A DNA stretch of 64,000 nt from Candidatus Aenigmatarchaeota archaeon. Its GTDB lineage: Archaea > Aenigmatarchaeota > Aenigmatarchaeia > GW2011-AR5. Below the pieces are notes generated by a model, which was not told the origin of the DNA, ran no database searches, and was given only the letters and a program-made list of their open reading frames with translations. The stretch covers positions 128,001 to 192,000 of the forward strand of contig JACQID010000004.1 of NCBI GenBank assembly GCA_016198685.1. Direction: 5' to 3'. Below are positions 1-7,215 of the stretch, piece by piece. The first letter of the stretch is position 1; the number at the start of each line of letters is the position of its first letter. Both the position numbers and the translations under genes were made by a program.

Positions 1-252
1 GCGGATGCTTCTTCATCAATAGAAAGAAAACATATAGTTCTTGAAGAGACTTCTCTGCCGAAGGAAGAGTCCGAATTACTCGCATTCATTCCCGCAGAAG
101 GTATAAAGTCAGGCGATCTTTACGCTCTTGTGGAAAGCAAGATGGGATATACCAAGTTTTATCGTGTTCTGCAAAGGCTTGAAGCCGGGGGCATTATAGA
201 AGCGGAATCTATAAGAGGTGTCGGCAACACTAGATTAATAAAAAAGAGGTGA
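1..252 (+). CDS. 5'-truncated ORF; C-terminal winged helix resembling Cdc6/Orc1 replication initiator
   Basis: Frame 1 is open from the window start to TGA at 250-252 and reads ...MGYTKFYRVLQRLEAGGIIEAESIRGVGNTRLIKKR, like the Cdc6 C-terminal wHTH wing. Only the last 83 aa are visible. Confidence 0.6.
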   Translation, partial: ADASSSIERKHIVLEETSLPKEESELLAFIPAEGIKSGDLYALVESKMGYTKFYRVLQRLEAGGIIEAESIRGVGNTRLIKKR

Positions 253-256
253 ATAC

Positions 257-430
257 ATGATAGGAAAACTTCTCGGTAAGAAGAAAGCTCCTTTCGGCGG
301 TTATTCCATAAGCTTTGCCGGCAGGACAGAAACTGTTGAAGAAATCTTCGGTAACAAGCCCATAACTCCTAGTGAGATGACTAAGAAGCTCTGGGAATTT
401 GTCAAGAAGAAGAAACTTGCAAACAGGTAA
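257..430 (+). CDS. 57-aa basic protein resembling the N-terminal half of a SWIB/MDM2 domain (not in ORF track)
   Basis: ATG at 257 follows GAGGTGA (246-252). Translation MIGKLLGKKKAPFGGYSISFAGRTETVEEIFGNKPITPSEMTKKLWEFVKKKKLANR contains the SWIB-like G.kP...sE.tKKlW.y.Kk..L pattern. Confidence 0.7.
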   Translation: MIGKLLGKKKAPFGGYSISFAGRTETVEEIFGNKPITPSEMTKKLWEFVKKKKLANR

Positions 431-456
431 AATGTGTTATTATTTTTCCCATTAAT

Positions 457-654
457 TTAACGGATTTTTCTTTTCATTATAACTGCGCCTGCGGCGCCTA
501 AAAGAATTAGCGCCAAGAGCGGCATGCTATAACCGGTGATATCATCTGGCATTTGCAAACCTGGACTGTCCGGAGCAATGCCGACCGCTATATCGCCGGA
601 GACTTCCCCCTGAATCAGCAATATAAGAAACAGGAGAATCACGACCGGCTTCAT
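457..654 (-). CDS. 65-aa membrane/exported protein with an N-terminal signal-like segment and a C-terminal TM helix plus basic tail
   Basis: Two hydrophobic segments, ends KRKIR; start overlaps the upstream ATPase stop (ATGA at 651-654). Confidence 0.7.
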   Translation of the reverse strand: MKPVVILLFLILLIQGEVSGDIAVGIAPDSPGLQMPDDITGYSMPLLALILLGAAGAVIMKRKIR

Positions 655-2123
655 TTCTTTCCCCTCGATCGCATGAAGCCTGCTATCATGAGTGAAAGCA
701 AGAAAACTCCTGTGACTGCGGCGGCAAATCTGAATTCAAGGAATGAATAAGCAAATCCCATGACAACTGCGAATAATGCACCTCTCTTAATGCTGGAAAA
801 ATATGCTTTCATGCCGCGTACAAACCATAATAGCGGGGGGAAATATCTGTACTCATCCCTTATGTATATCGCATCGTCCTCTTCTTCAAGGACTATAGGT
901 TTCTTGCGTTCTTGCGCAGGCGTTTCTTCTGATCGCTCGTCTTCCTCTTTTTCTTCTTTTTTTGCCGGCTCTTTCTGCTTGGTTTCGTGCGGTTTTTCAG
1001 CTTTTCTTTCTTTCTTGACTGTTTTCAGGCCTTTTCTTTTCCACAGCGGCGTTATTTTCACTTTTTCATTGCCATTTTTTGATGAAAGATTGACAAAACC
1101 GGTTCCAACTTCAGTGAGGTTCTTGATTTCTTCGAAGTTTATCCCCATTTGCCTGCCTACAAAGATAGCATCTTTCTCCAATCGGCATTGGAACGCTATT
1201 ATGCCTCCGACATTTGCAAGGACGGTATCCGAGAAGTCAGAAGGCCTCTGCGAAGACAAAATAACTCCTGTGCCGTACTTTCTTGACTCTCTGAGCAGAT
1301 CATTCAGAGGCGATTTTTCGTCTATGAGTCTGTGTGCTTCATCCACTATGCAATAAAGCACCATCTTGTCTGTTTTGCCTCTGGCATAGAGCTCGTACTT
1401 TAGTTTATTGATAAAGAACTCAGCAATTGCGTACTTTACCTCTTCAGTTGGCATATTCTTGAGCTTCAGCACGGTTGTTTCGGCAAAAATGTTCTTGAAT
1501 GGTATTGCGCTCTTCTTTGAAGTGAAGAAACCGGTATTAAAGAGCGGTCGCAGTCTTACAAGCAGCGTTTCTATCGTTTGTGATGACCTTTTTTCCTCTT
1601 TTAGGTACTCCGCTTTGTTTTCAAGCACGTTTTTTACGTCCTCGAAGGTCGGGGCATCCTGCTTTTCCATGCTCTTGATGTCTATTCCTTTGTCCCGATA
1701 GGCCGAGAGTATGGCGTCTTGTAATACTCCTTCCTGTTGCACGCCAAGCACGAAAATCTTTTTCAATATGTTTGAGACCTTGTACATTGCAGCTTCGGGT
1801 GTTTCGGGGGCATATTCGAGCGGGTTTATCGTCATATTCGTGAAGTCAAGGACATTATCAGCAACATTATCGAAGTCCTGATGGAAATCCACAATGAAAG
1901 AAGGAACGCCGCCTGCCGAAAGCTCATGAATAATTGCTTTTAGCGTTTCTGTTTTGCCGGAACCCGAAGTTCCGACGACCATGAAGTGCGGATTTTTTTC
2001 GTTCTTTGGCGCCCATTTTATTTCGTTTCCGTTGTCGCCCTTGCCAAGTATGATCTCCAAAACCATCATAATCATTGCACAATGAAGGACATAAAATAAT
2101 ATCACGTCCGTTTTTGTAAACAA
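651..2123 (-). CDS. HerA/FtsK/VirB4-superfamily P-loop ATPase (DUF87-like) with C-terminal membrane anchor
   Basis: NPHFMVVGTSGSGKT (Walker A), CIVDEAH (Walker B), LRESRKYG, SSQRPSD; a charged linker is followed by two hydrophobic helices. Start is uncertain (TTG 2123 or ATG 2066-2075). Confidence 0.85.
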   Translation of the reverse strand: MFTKTDVILFYVLHCAMIMMVLEIILGKGDNGNEIKWAPKNEKNPHFMVVGTSGSGKTETLKAIIHELSAGGVPSFIVDFHQDFDNVADNVLDFTNMTINPLEYAPETPEAAMYKVSNILKKIFVLGVQQEGVLQDAILSAYRDKGIDIKSMEKQDAPTFEDVKNVLENKAEYLKEEKRSSQTIETLLVRLRPLFNTGFFTSKKSAIPFKNIFAETTVLKLKNMPTEEVKYAIAEFFINKLKYELYARGKTDKMVLYCIVDEAHRLIDEKSPLNDLLRESRKYGTGVILSSQRPSDFSDTVLANVGGIIAFQCRLEKDAIFVGRQMGINFEEIKNLTEVGTGFVNLSSKNGNEKVKITPLWKRKGLKTVKKERKAEKPHETKQKEPAKKEEKEEDERSEETPAQERKKPIVLEEEDDAIYIRDEYRYFPPLLWFVRGMKAYFSSIKRGALFAVVMGFAYSFLEFRFAAAVTGVFLLSLMIAGFMRSRGKK

Positions 2124-2218
2124 AAATCACTTCTTTGAGTCCAATGCGTAAATTTATATTGTAAAAAATCGGAATACTTAAATATAACTTCAGGAAATAT
2201 AATTACAGGTGAACACAA

Positions 2219-2251
2219 ATGGCAGCCAAGAAAGCAAAAAAGAAAAAGTAA
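2219..2251 (+). CDS. Candidate 10-aa Lys-rich micro-ORF MAAKKAKKKK
   Basis: TTAAATATA at 2178-2186, AGGTGA at 2207-2212, ATG 2219, TAA 2249-2251, T-rich tract downstream. Confidence 0.35.
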   Translation: MAAKKAKKKK

Positions 2252-2295
2252 TTAACTAAATAAATCATATATAATTTTTATTTTCTTTTTTTATT

Positions 2296-3003
2296 TCATT
2301 CTGTTTTCAGCGTGTAATAAATTCTTCTGTTGTTCTTTCCTTTGTTCTCGAGCTTCAGAAGCTCGATTATGCCTACTTCTTTTGTATTTCCAACGTGTGT
2401 TCCGCCATCGGCTTGCTTGTCAATGTCGCCTATCTCCATGATGTGAAGTTCGTTGACAGAAGGCGGCAAGGCCTTTGCCAGCTTTATGACGCCTTCTATC
2501 TTCATTGCGTCTTCCGTTGGCAAGAAATAGTGCTTCACTTCTATGTTTCGGGCCATCGCCTCGTTTGCCATCCTGACATATTCCGTTATTTTGTCACGGT
2601 CCAAATTCTCCAAAGAAAAATCTATCCTGCTTTCCGCAACGCCGAGCTGGTTTCCGGTTATAAGAGCCCCGGTTTCCTTGTGCATTATTGCGCTCAGGAC
2701 ATGCGCTGCGGTATGCATTTTCATGAGGGCGTAGCGTCTTGGCCAATCAATAGTGCAATGAACCTTGTCGCCTTCCTTCAGGCCTTCCTTGTCTACTTCA
2801 TGAGACACGTTTCCATCTTTCTTGATGGCAAAAACAACCCTGAACTCCTCATCGCCGCGGCGAACCGTTCCCGTATCGCTTGGCTGGCCGCCGCCGCTGG
2901 GGTAGAATGCGGTGTTGTCAAGAACTATCAATTTGCCGTCGGCTCTGACAATCGTTGCATCAAACTCCTTAAGGTAAGAATCTTCAAGATAAAGAGGGCG
3001 CAT
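2296..3003 (-). CDS. alaX: Alanyl-tRNA editing protein AlaX (AlaX-M size)
   Basis: TAFYPSGGGQPSDTG, HTAAH and DGGTHV editing-site motifs; 235 aa. Confidence 0.92.
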   Translation of the reverse strand: MRPLYLEDSYLKEFDATIVRADGKLIVLDNTAFYPSGGGQPSDTGTVRRGDEEFRVVFAIKKDGNVSHEVDKEGLKEGDKVHCTIDWPRRYALMKMHTAAHVLSAIMHKETGALITGNQLGVAESRIDFSLENLDRDKITEYVRMANEAMARNIEVKHYFLPTEDAMKIEGVIKLAKALPPSVNELHIMEIGDIDKQADGGTHVGNTKEVGIIELLKLENKGKNNRRIYYTLKTE

Positions 3004-3082
3004 TTGCTATCCTTGTAGGGAGTGTTTTTATTTGTTAGGGTTACTAAGTAACTTCATGAAGCACGAAAAAACTCTATAGTCG

Positions 3083-3367
3083 TCATTGTATGATATCGAG
3101 ATAGCGTTCAATTTCAGTTCTGTAATCAACATCACCGCTTAATTTGTTCATTATTGTGATTACTGGGTCTTTTATGGCATCCAATAAAAGACCGGAATCT
3201 ATTTCATGGCGAATTCCCTCGTAAGACAGCATCCCGGTGCGCACAACGGCCGCTACCCCTATCGAAAGAGCCGTATGCACATCATATCCGCGTTCCATGG
3301 CTCTAGACATGGTTGTGGTCATTATATCCGTCATTTGTAACATATGTGCATATTCCATATATATCAT
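3083..3367 (-). CDS. Hypothetical protein (about 94 aa, helical)
   Basis: Start moved to the ATG directly after the stop of 3370..3573; no motif recognised. Confidence 0.5.
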   Translation of the reverse strand: MIYMEYAHMLQMTDIMTTTMSRAMERGYDVHTALSIGVAAVVRTGMLSYEGIRHEIDSGLLLDAIKDPVITIMNKLSGDVDYRTEIERYLDIIQ

Positions 3368-3369
3368 CT

Positions 3370-3573
3370 TCACTTCTTCTCGGTCTTGATTTCCTTCGAA
3401 GAACAGGACGGGCACTTCAGGGTATTGTAGAACCATACATAGCTGCAAGAATGGCACTTCCATTTATCAACGAACTTCTTCTTGTGTTTCAGTACACGAG
3501 CCGATGCTTTTTCCAGCATTTCTACGTCTTCTCTAGTCAGAAAGCCGATTATCTTTCTCTTTAATTCACTCAT
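3370..3573 (-). CDS. Small Zn-ribbon protein
   Basis: C-terminal CHSC...CPSC pair (WKCHSCSYVWFYNTLKCPSCSS). Confidence 0.75.
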   Translation of the reverse strand: MSELKRKIIGFLTREDVEMLEKASARVLKHKKKFVDKWKCHSCSYVWFYNTLKCPSCSSKEIKTEKK

Positions 3574-3650
3574 AAGTAGTATATTAGAATAGAAATCTTT
3601 TTAAGGCTTTGTGTTTGTTCTGATTTAGTGGTAACTAAACCCATAGTGGG

Positions 3651-4313
3651 ATGCCTGATTTTTATCCTTTTACAGTCTTAAAAACGGACATGAAAGTCGT
3701 GCTCGGAAAGCCGGCTGCTATAAGCATAATTCTTTCAGCCGTGGAAGTGTACAAAAAAGAGACTTACGGCATACTTTTGGGCGAGCGCAACGGCCAAACA
3801 ATAAAAGTCAACCAGGCTCTCAGCTTTCAATCGGCAAACCGTGATTATGAATATGTTTCGATGGAAACAGCGAGGGAAAACAGGATAAATTACATTCTTC
3901 GCTACCTTTCCGGCTTCAAAGTAGTAGGAGATTTCCATTCCCATCCTGATTTTCCTGAGAAACTAAGCAAGCATGATACAGAAGAACTCAGGAAAGCTGG
4001 AGAAGGCACTGTTTCGGTATTGATTCTCATAAAAAAGACCTCTGCCGGGAAGAAATGGAGGTATGATGCCGCAGGCAAAAGGATAGCCGGCGTATTGGCC
4101 GGCCGATACTTCATAGGCATTACAGCTTCGATCTACAATTACAAGAAAAAAAAAGCCGAACGCATACCTTTAATCTGTAGGCATCTCAAGGAAATGAACC
4201 AGAGGATCAGGCTCTATTCTAAACTGGAAAAGAAGCTGGAGAAACTTGAGAAGGAAGAAATGCGGGCAAAACGGCTTAAAAAAATGCTCGTGGCCTTGAA
4301 AATGAAGGTATAA
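3651..4313 (+). CDS. JAB/MPN+ (JAMM) metalloprotease-domain protein with C-terminal coiled coil
   Basis: KETYGILLG plus the exact H-x-H-x7-S-x2-D motif (HSHPDFPEKLSKHD); K/E-rich helical tail. Confidence 0.85.
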   Translation: MPDFYPFTVLKTDMKVVLGKPAAISIILSAVEVYKKETYGILLGERNGQTIKVNQALSFQSANRDYEYVSMETARENRINYILRYLSGFKVVGDFHSHPDFPEKLSKHDTEELRKAGEGTVSVLILIKKTSAGKKWRYDAAGKRIAGVLAGRYFIGITASIYNYKKKKAERIPLICRHLKEMNQRIRLYSKLEKKLEKLEKEEMRAKRLKKMLVALKMKV

Positions 4314-4470
4314 GGGCAGACATCATTCTTTTTATTCTCCCGCTGCAATTATAGCTCTGCATATTATATTGAAGGACATAATAAACGGGAGTTATATGCT
4401 CCTTCAGGTCCAGAGATCTTATCTGTGCGAAAATCAATGCATTTGATTATAAAACAAGGGAGGCGATTGA

Positions 4471-4641
4471 ATGTCTTATAGCGTGGCATCCAAAGTAAAG
4501 GAGCTCATAAAAGCAAGGGAGATGAACTGTGCAGGCGACTTCTGTGACGCCCTGGATAAAATGATTGAACAGAAAATTGACAGGGCCGTGGAAAGAGCCA
4601 AAGCCAATGACAGAAAGACCGTTAGAGGAAGCGACCTCTGA
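4471..4641 (+). CDS. 56-aa histone-fold protein with truncated alpha3 (not in ORF track)
   Basis: GGGAGG at 4458-4463, ATG 4471; [56 protein letters not shown] carries the RKTVxxxDL histone motif; T-tract follows. Confidence 0.88.
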   Translation: MSYSVASKVKELIKAREMNCAGDFCDALDKMIEQKIDRAVERAKANDRKTVRGSDL

Positions 4642-4648
4642 GGGCATA

Positions 4649-4662
4649 TTTTTTCCTTTTTT
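4649..4662 (+). terminator. Oligo-T tract after the histone gene
   Basis: TTTTTTCCTTTTTT begins 8 nt after the stop, typical of archaeal intrinsic terminators. Confidence 0.5.
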
Positions 4663-4733
4663 GCTTCATTCTTGACGTATAAATATTTTCCTCCAAAATT
4701 TACTATAAAAACCTTCGCAGGGATGAGTTTCGG

Positions 4734-6980
4734 ATGGTAATGTTTTTACAAAACGGGCTTATGGGCCATATTATGTCTCTTGCCAAAGTACAGCCTCATT
4801 TACCAGCACTGCTTTCATGCGACGAAGAGGGCAGAATCATCCATACGATTGACTATTCGGACCTTTATGAAAAGCTGCAAAATATAGGTTCCTGGTTCGA
4901 GTCCATAAAATTGTCCAGCGGAGATACAGTTGCGCTTGCCATGCATAACAGGGCAGAGTTGCTGCTCGTCAGCTGGGCCGCATGGTCTCTTGGCATAATA
5001 ACAGCTCCGCTTGATGTAAGAAGAGATGCCGAAGAGCAGCATCTGTATAAAATAGGACTTACCAAGCCGAAGCTTCTATTGGGAGATAAAAAATTTTCCG
5101 GTCTCATGAGGAATTTTGAAGACATTGAAAGCATTTCATCGCTTTCTGCGGCCAAGCCGGTTGCGTGGAAAAAAGGAATCGAGCATCCGGCGTTGATACT
5201 TTTTACATCCGGAACAACTTCCCATCCGAAAGGCGCAAAGCTCAGCCTCAAGAACCTCATGACTAATGCCGACGGCATCAGAGACTGGTTCAAGATTACA
5301 GAGAAAGACAGGTTTCTTGTTTTGCTGCCGCTGCATCATATAAATTCCACGAGTTTCACGCTTGCGACGATATTAGGCGGGGCAAGCATAGCGATACCGC
5401 CTGCTTATTCGAGCTCAAAATTCTGGTCACAACTGGCAAATAGCCAAAGCACATTTACCTCTATTGTGCCGACAATATGCTTCGACCAGCTATCACAGGA
5501 GTCTGCTTTCAAATCAGAAAATCTGCATGTTACAAGGATACAGATAGGCTCTGCCCCGGTCATCGCGGGCGACGCAAAGAAGTTCATTGAGATGTACAAA
5601 ATACCCCTTTATCAGGGATATGGGCAGACGGAAACTGCCCTGCGCGTCACAGGAGTGCCTCTTGATTTGGATAAGAAAAGTTATAGCCGTCTCGTCGATG
5701 AAAATAGCATAGGCAAGCCGATGAAATGGGCGGATGTAATAATAATGGGGAAGGACGGAAAAGCTCTGCGTGAAGGTGAAGAAGGCGAGCTTGCAGTAAA
5801 GGGAGATGCAATAATGGAGGGATATCTTGGGAATCAGAATAACAACGATGTCTTTAGAAATGGGTACTTCCTTACAGGTGATATAGGCTTCTACAATAAA
5901 ATAAATGGGGAGTCATTTTTCTTCCTTAAGGGCAGATCCAAAGAGATAATAATCAAGGGCGGAGTCAATATTTCTCCGGCGTCCGTGGAAGATCGTTTGA
6001 AGCAATGCGATTCTGCTATAGACCAGGTCTATGTGATAGGCCTGCCTGACAGGCGATACGGCGAAGAAGTTGCTGCCGTCGTCTGCTGGAAGAAGGGCGA
6101 AGATGCAGTAAAGGCCGAAGCCAAACTAAGGTACAGGCTTATGAATCCGCTTCCAAACATAAGGTCATTCGAGGTTCCGCAGTATATAACGACTATAAAC
6201 GCTTCGGAACTGCCTATGACATCGACAGGCAAAGTTCAGCGTTCTGTAATCAAAAAAATGATCGCTCCTGAAAAATTCCGGCATGTAAACACGATAGTTA
6301 AGAGCGAAAAATACGAATTCATGCGCCTTGCTGCTTACGATAAGCCACGAATGAAAGAGGCGCTTGAGCTTTTCAATCGCTGCTGGCAGCCGCTTAGTAT
6401 TGATGCCCAGAAATTCCATGAGCATGTAAGCAATGGTTTTGTCATGGTATGCGTGCCTAAGAAAGGCGGCGCAATTGAAAGCATGATAAGCCTGCTGCGC
6501 ACAGATCTTACAGACAAAGAACTTTCAAAATCAACATATGATAAACTGACAGGAAATTTGTCAATGTCAACAAGCAAGCTTTACGGGAAGAACATAGTCT
6601 GCGTTTCCATATGCAGCTCTGCCTATGTGCCTCAAGAGCCAAAACAAGCCAAACCGCCGTCTGTTTCTTACATGGAAAAATATCTTGAAGCAGGCAAGGA
6701 CCCTGTTTATGGATTCCATGCAAAAAAGAAAGGCGGCATAGAAGGTGCCAAGCTGCTCTCTTTGTTGCCGAATGCGAGACCGGATGACAAGCTTTCCTTG
6801 GGCTATTGCATGCTTCTTGAATATGCGCGAATACCTAATGCGCCTTGCATACCAGAAAGTGCATCGCCTGCCTCGCAGCTTATAGAAGCTGTCATGGAAT
6901 TTGCAAGGCAGCAGGACGTGGAGCGCGTATTTGCTTTCTCAAGGCCCGCAGGGGCATCCGAATATTTTAGCAGGAAATAA
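4734..6980 (+). CDS. ANL-superfamily adenylate-forming enzyme (acyl-CoA synthetase-like) with an extra ~230-aa C-terminal domain
   Basis: FTSGTTSHPKG, GYGQTE, FLTGDIG, GRSKEIIIKGG, TSTGKVQR. Start is possibly ATG 4773. Confidence 0.85.
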   Translation: MVMFLQNGLMGHIMSLAKVQPHLPALLSCDEEGRIIHTIDYSDLYEKLQNIGSWFESIKLSSGDTVALAMHNRAELLLVSWAAWSLGIITAPLDVRRDAEEQHLYKIGLTKPKLLLGDKKFSGLMRNFEDIESISSLSAAKPVAWKKGIEHPALILFTSGTTSHPKGAKLSLKNLMTNADGIRDWFKITEKDRFLVLLPLHHINSTSFTLATILGGASIAIPPAYSSSKFWSQLANSQSTFTSIVPTICFDQLSQESAFKSENLHVTRIQIGSAPVIAGDAKKFIEMYKIPLYQGYGQTETALRVTGVPLDLDKKSYSRLVDENSIGKPMKWADVIIMGKDGKALREGEEGELAVKGDAIMEGYLGNQNNNDVFRNGYFLTGDIGFYNKINGESFFFLKGRSKEIIIKGGVNISPASVEDRLKQCDSAIDQVYVIGLPDRRYGEEVAAVVCWKKGEDAVKAEAKLRYRLMNPLPNIRSFEVPQYITTINASELPMTSTGKVQRSVIKKMIAPEKFRHVNTIVKSEKYEFMRLAAYDKPRMKEALELFNRCWQPLSIDAQKFHEHVSNGFVMVCVPKKGGAIESMISLLRTDLTDKELSKSTYDKLTGNLSMSTSKLYGKNIVCVSICSSAYVPQEPKQAKPPSVSYMEKYLEAGKDPVYGFHAKKKGGIEGAKLLSLLPNARPDDKLSLGYCMLLEYARIPNAPCIPESASPASQLIEAVMEFARQQDVERVFAFSRPAGASEYFSRK

Positions 6981-7026
6981 TGATGATTTTACAGTTTGAG
7001 ATTAATAAAATAGAAATGCAAAAATG

Positions 7027-7215
7027 TTAGTCGAGGTCCGTATCTATATCATCCAGAGTATTCTGAAGACTCTCAACGTTAGTGGCTATATCACCCACTG
7101 CTTCGGAAGCCTGTTCCTGCGTTTTCACGGGGTTGTCGTTGCCTATGCAGCCGCTCATGAAAACGAGAGAACTGATCACAACGAGCAGCATGAAAACAGC
7201 TTTTACGTTCATCAT
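7027..7215 (-). CDS. 62-aa lipoprotein with acidic coiled-coil tail
   Basis: Hydrophobic N-terminus ending in lipobox-like FMSGC; ATGA overlap with the upstream gene. Confidence 0.75.
   Translation of the reverse strand: MMNVKAVFMLLVVISSLVFMSGCIGNDNPVKTQEQASEAVGDIATNVESLQNTLDDIDTDLD

Noticed and set aside
2390-2420. AlaX editing motif reads ADGGTH instead of CGGTH
   Set aside because: As I recall, this Asp variant is common among archaeal and actinobacterial AlaX proteins, so it is not evidence of inactivation.
651-4313. HerA-like ATPase plus JAB protease as an anti-phage system
   Set aside because: They are on opposite strands, separated by alaX, with no nuclease, Sir2, cyclase, E1/E2 or ubiquitin-like partner.
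4447-4647. ORF-track 66-aa minus-strand ORF
   Set aside because: It is the antisense shadow of the plus-strand histone gene, which has an SD, a recognisable motif and a terminator.
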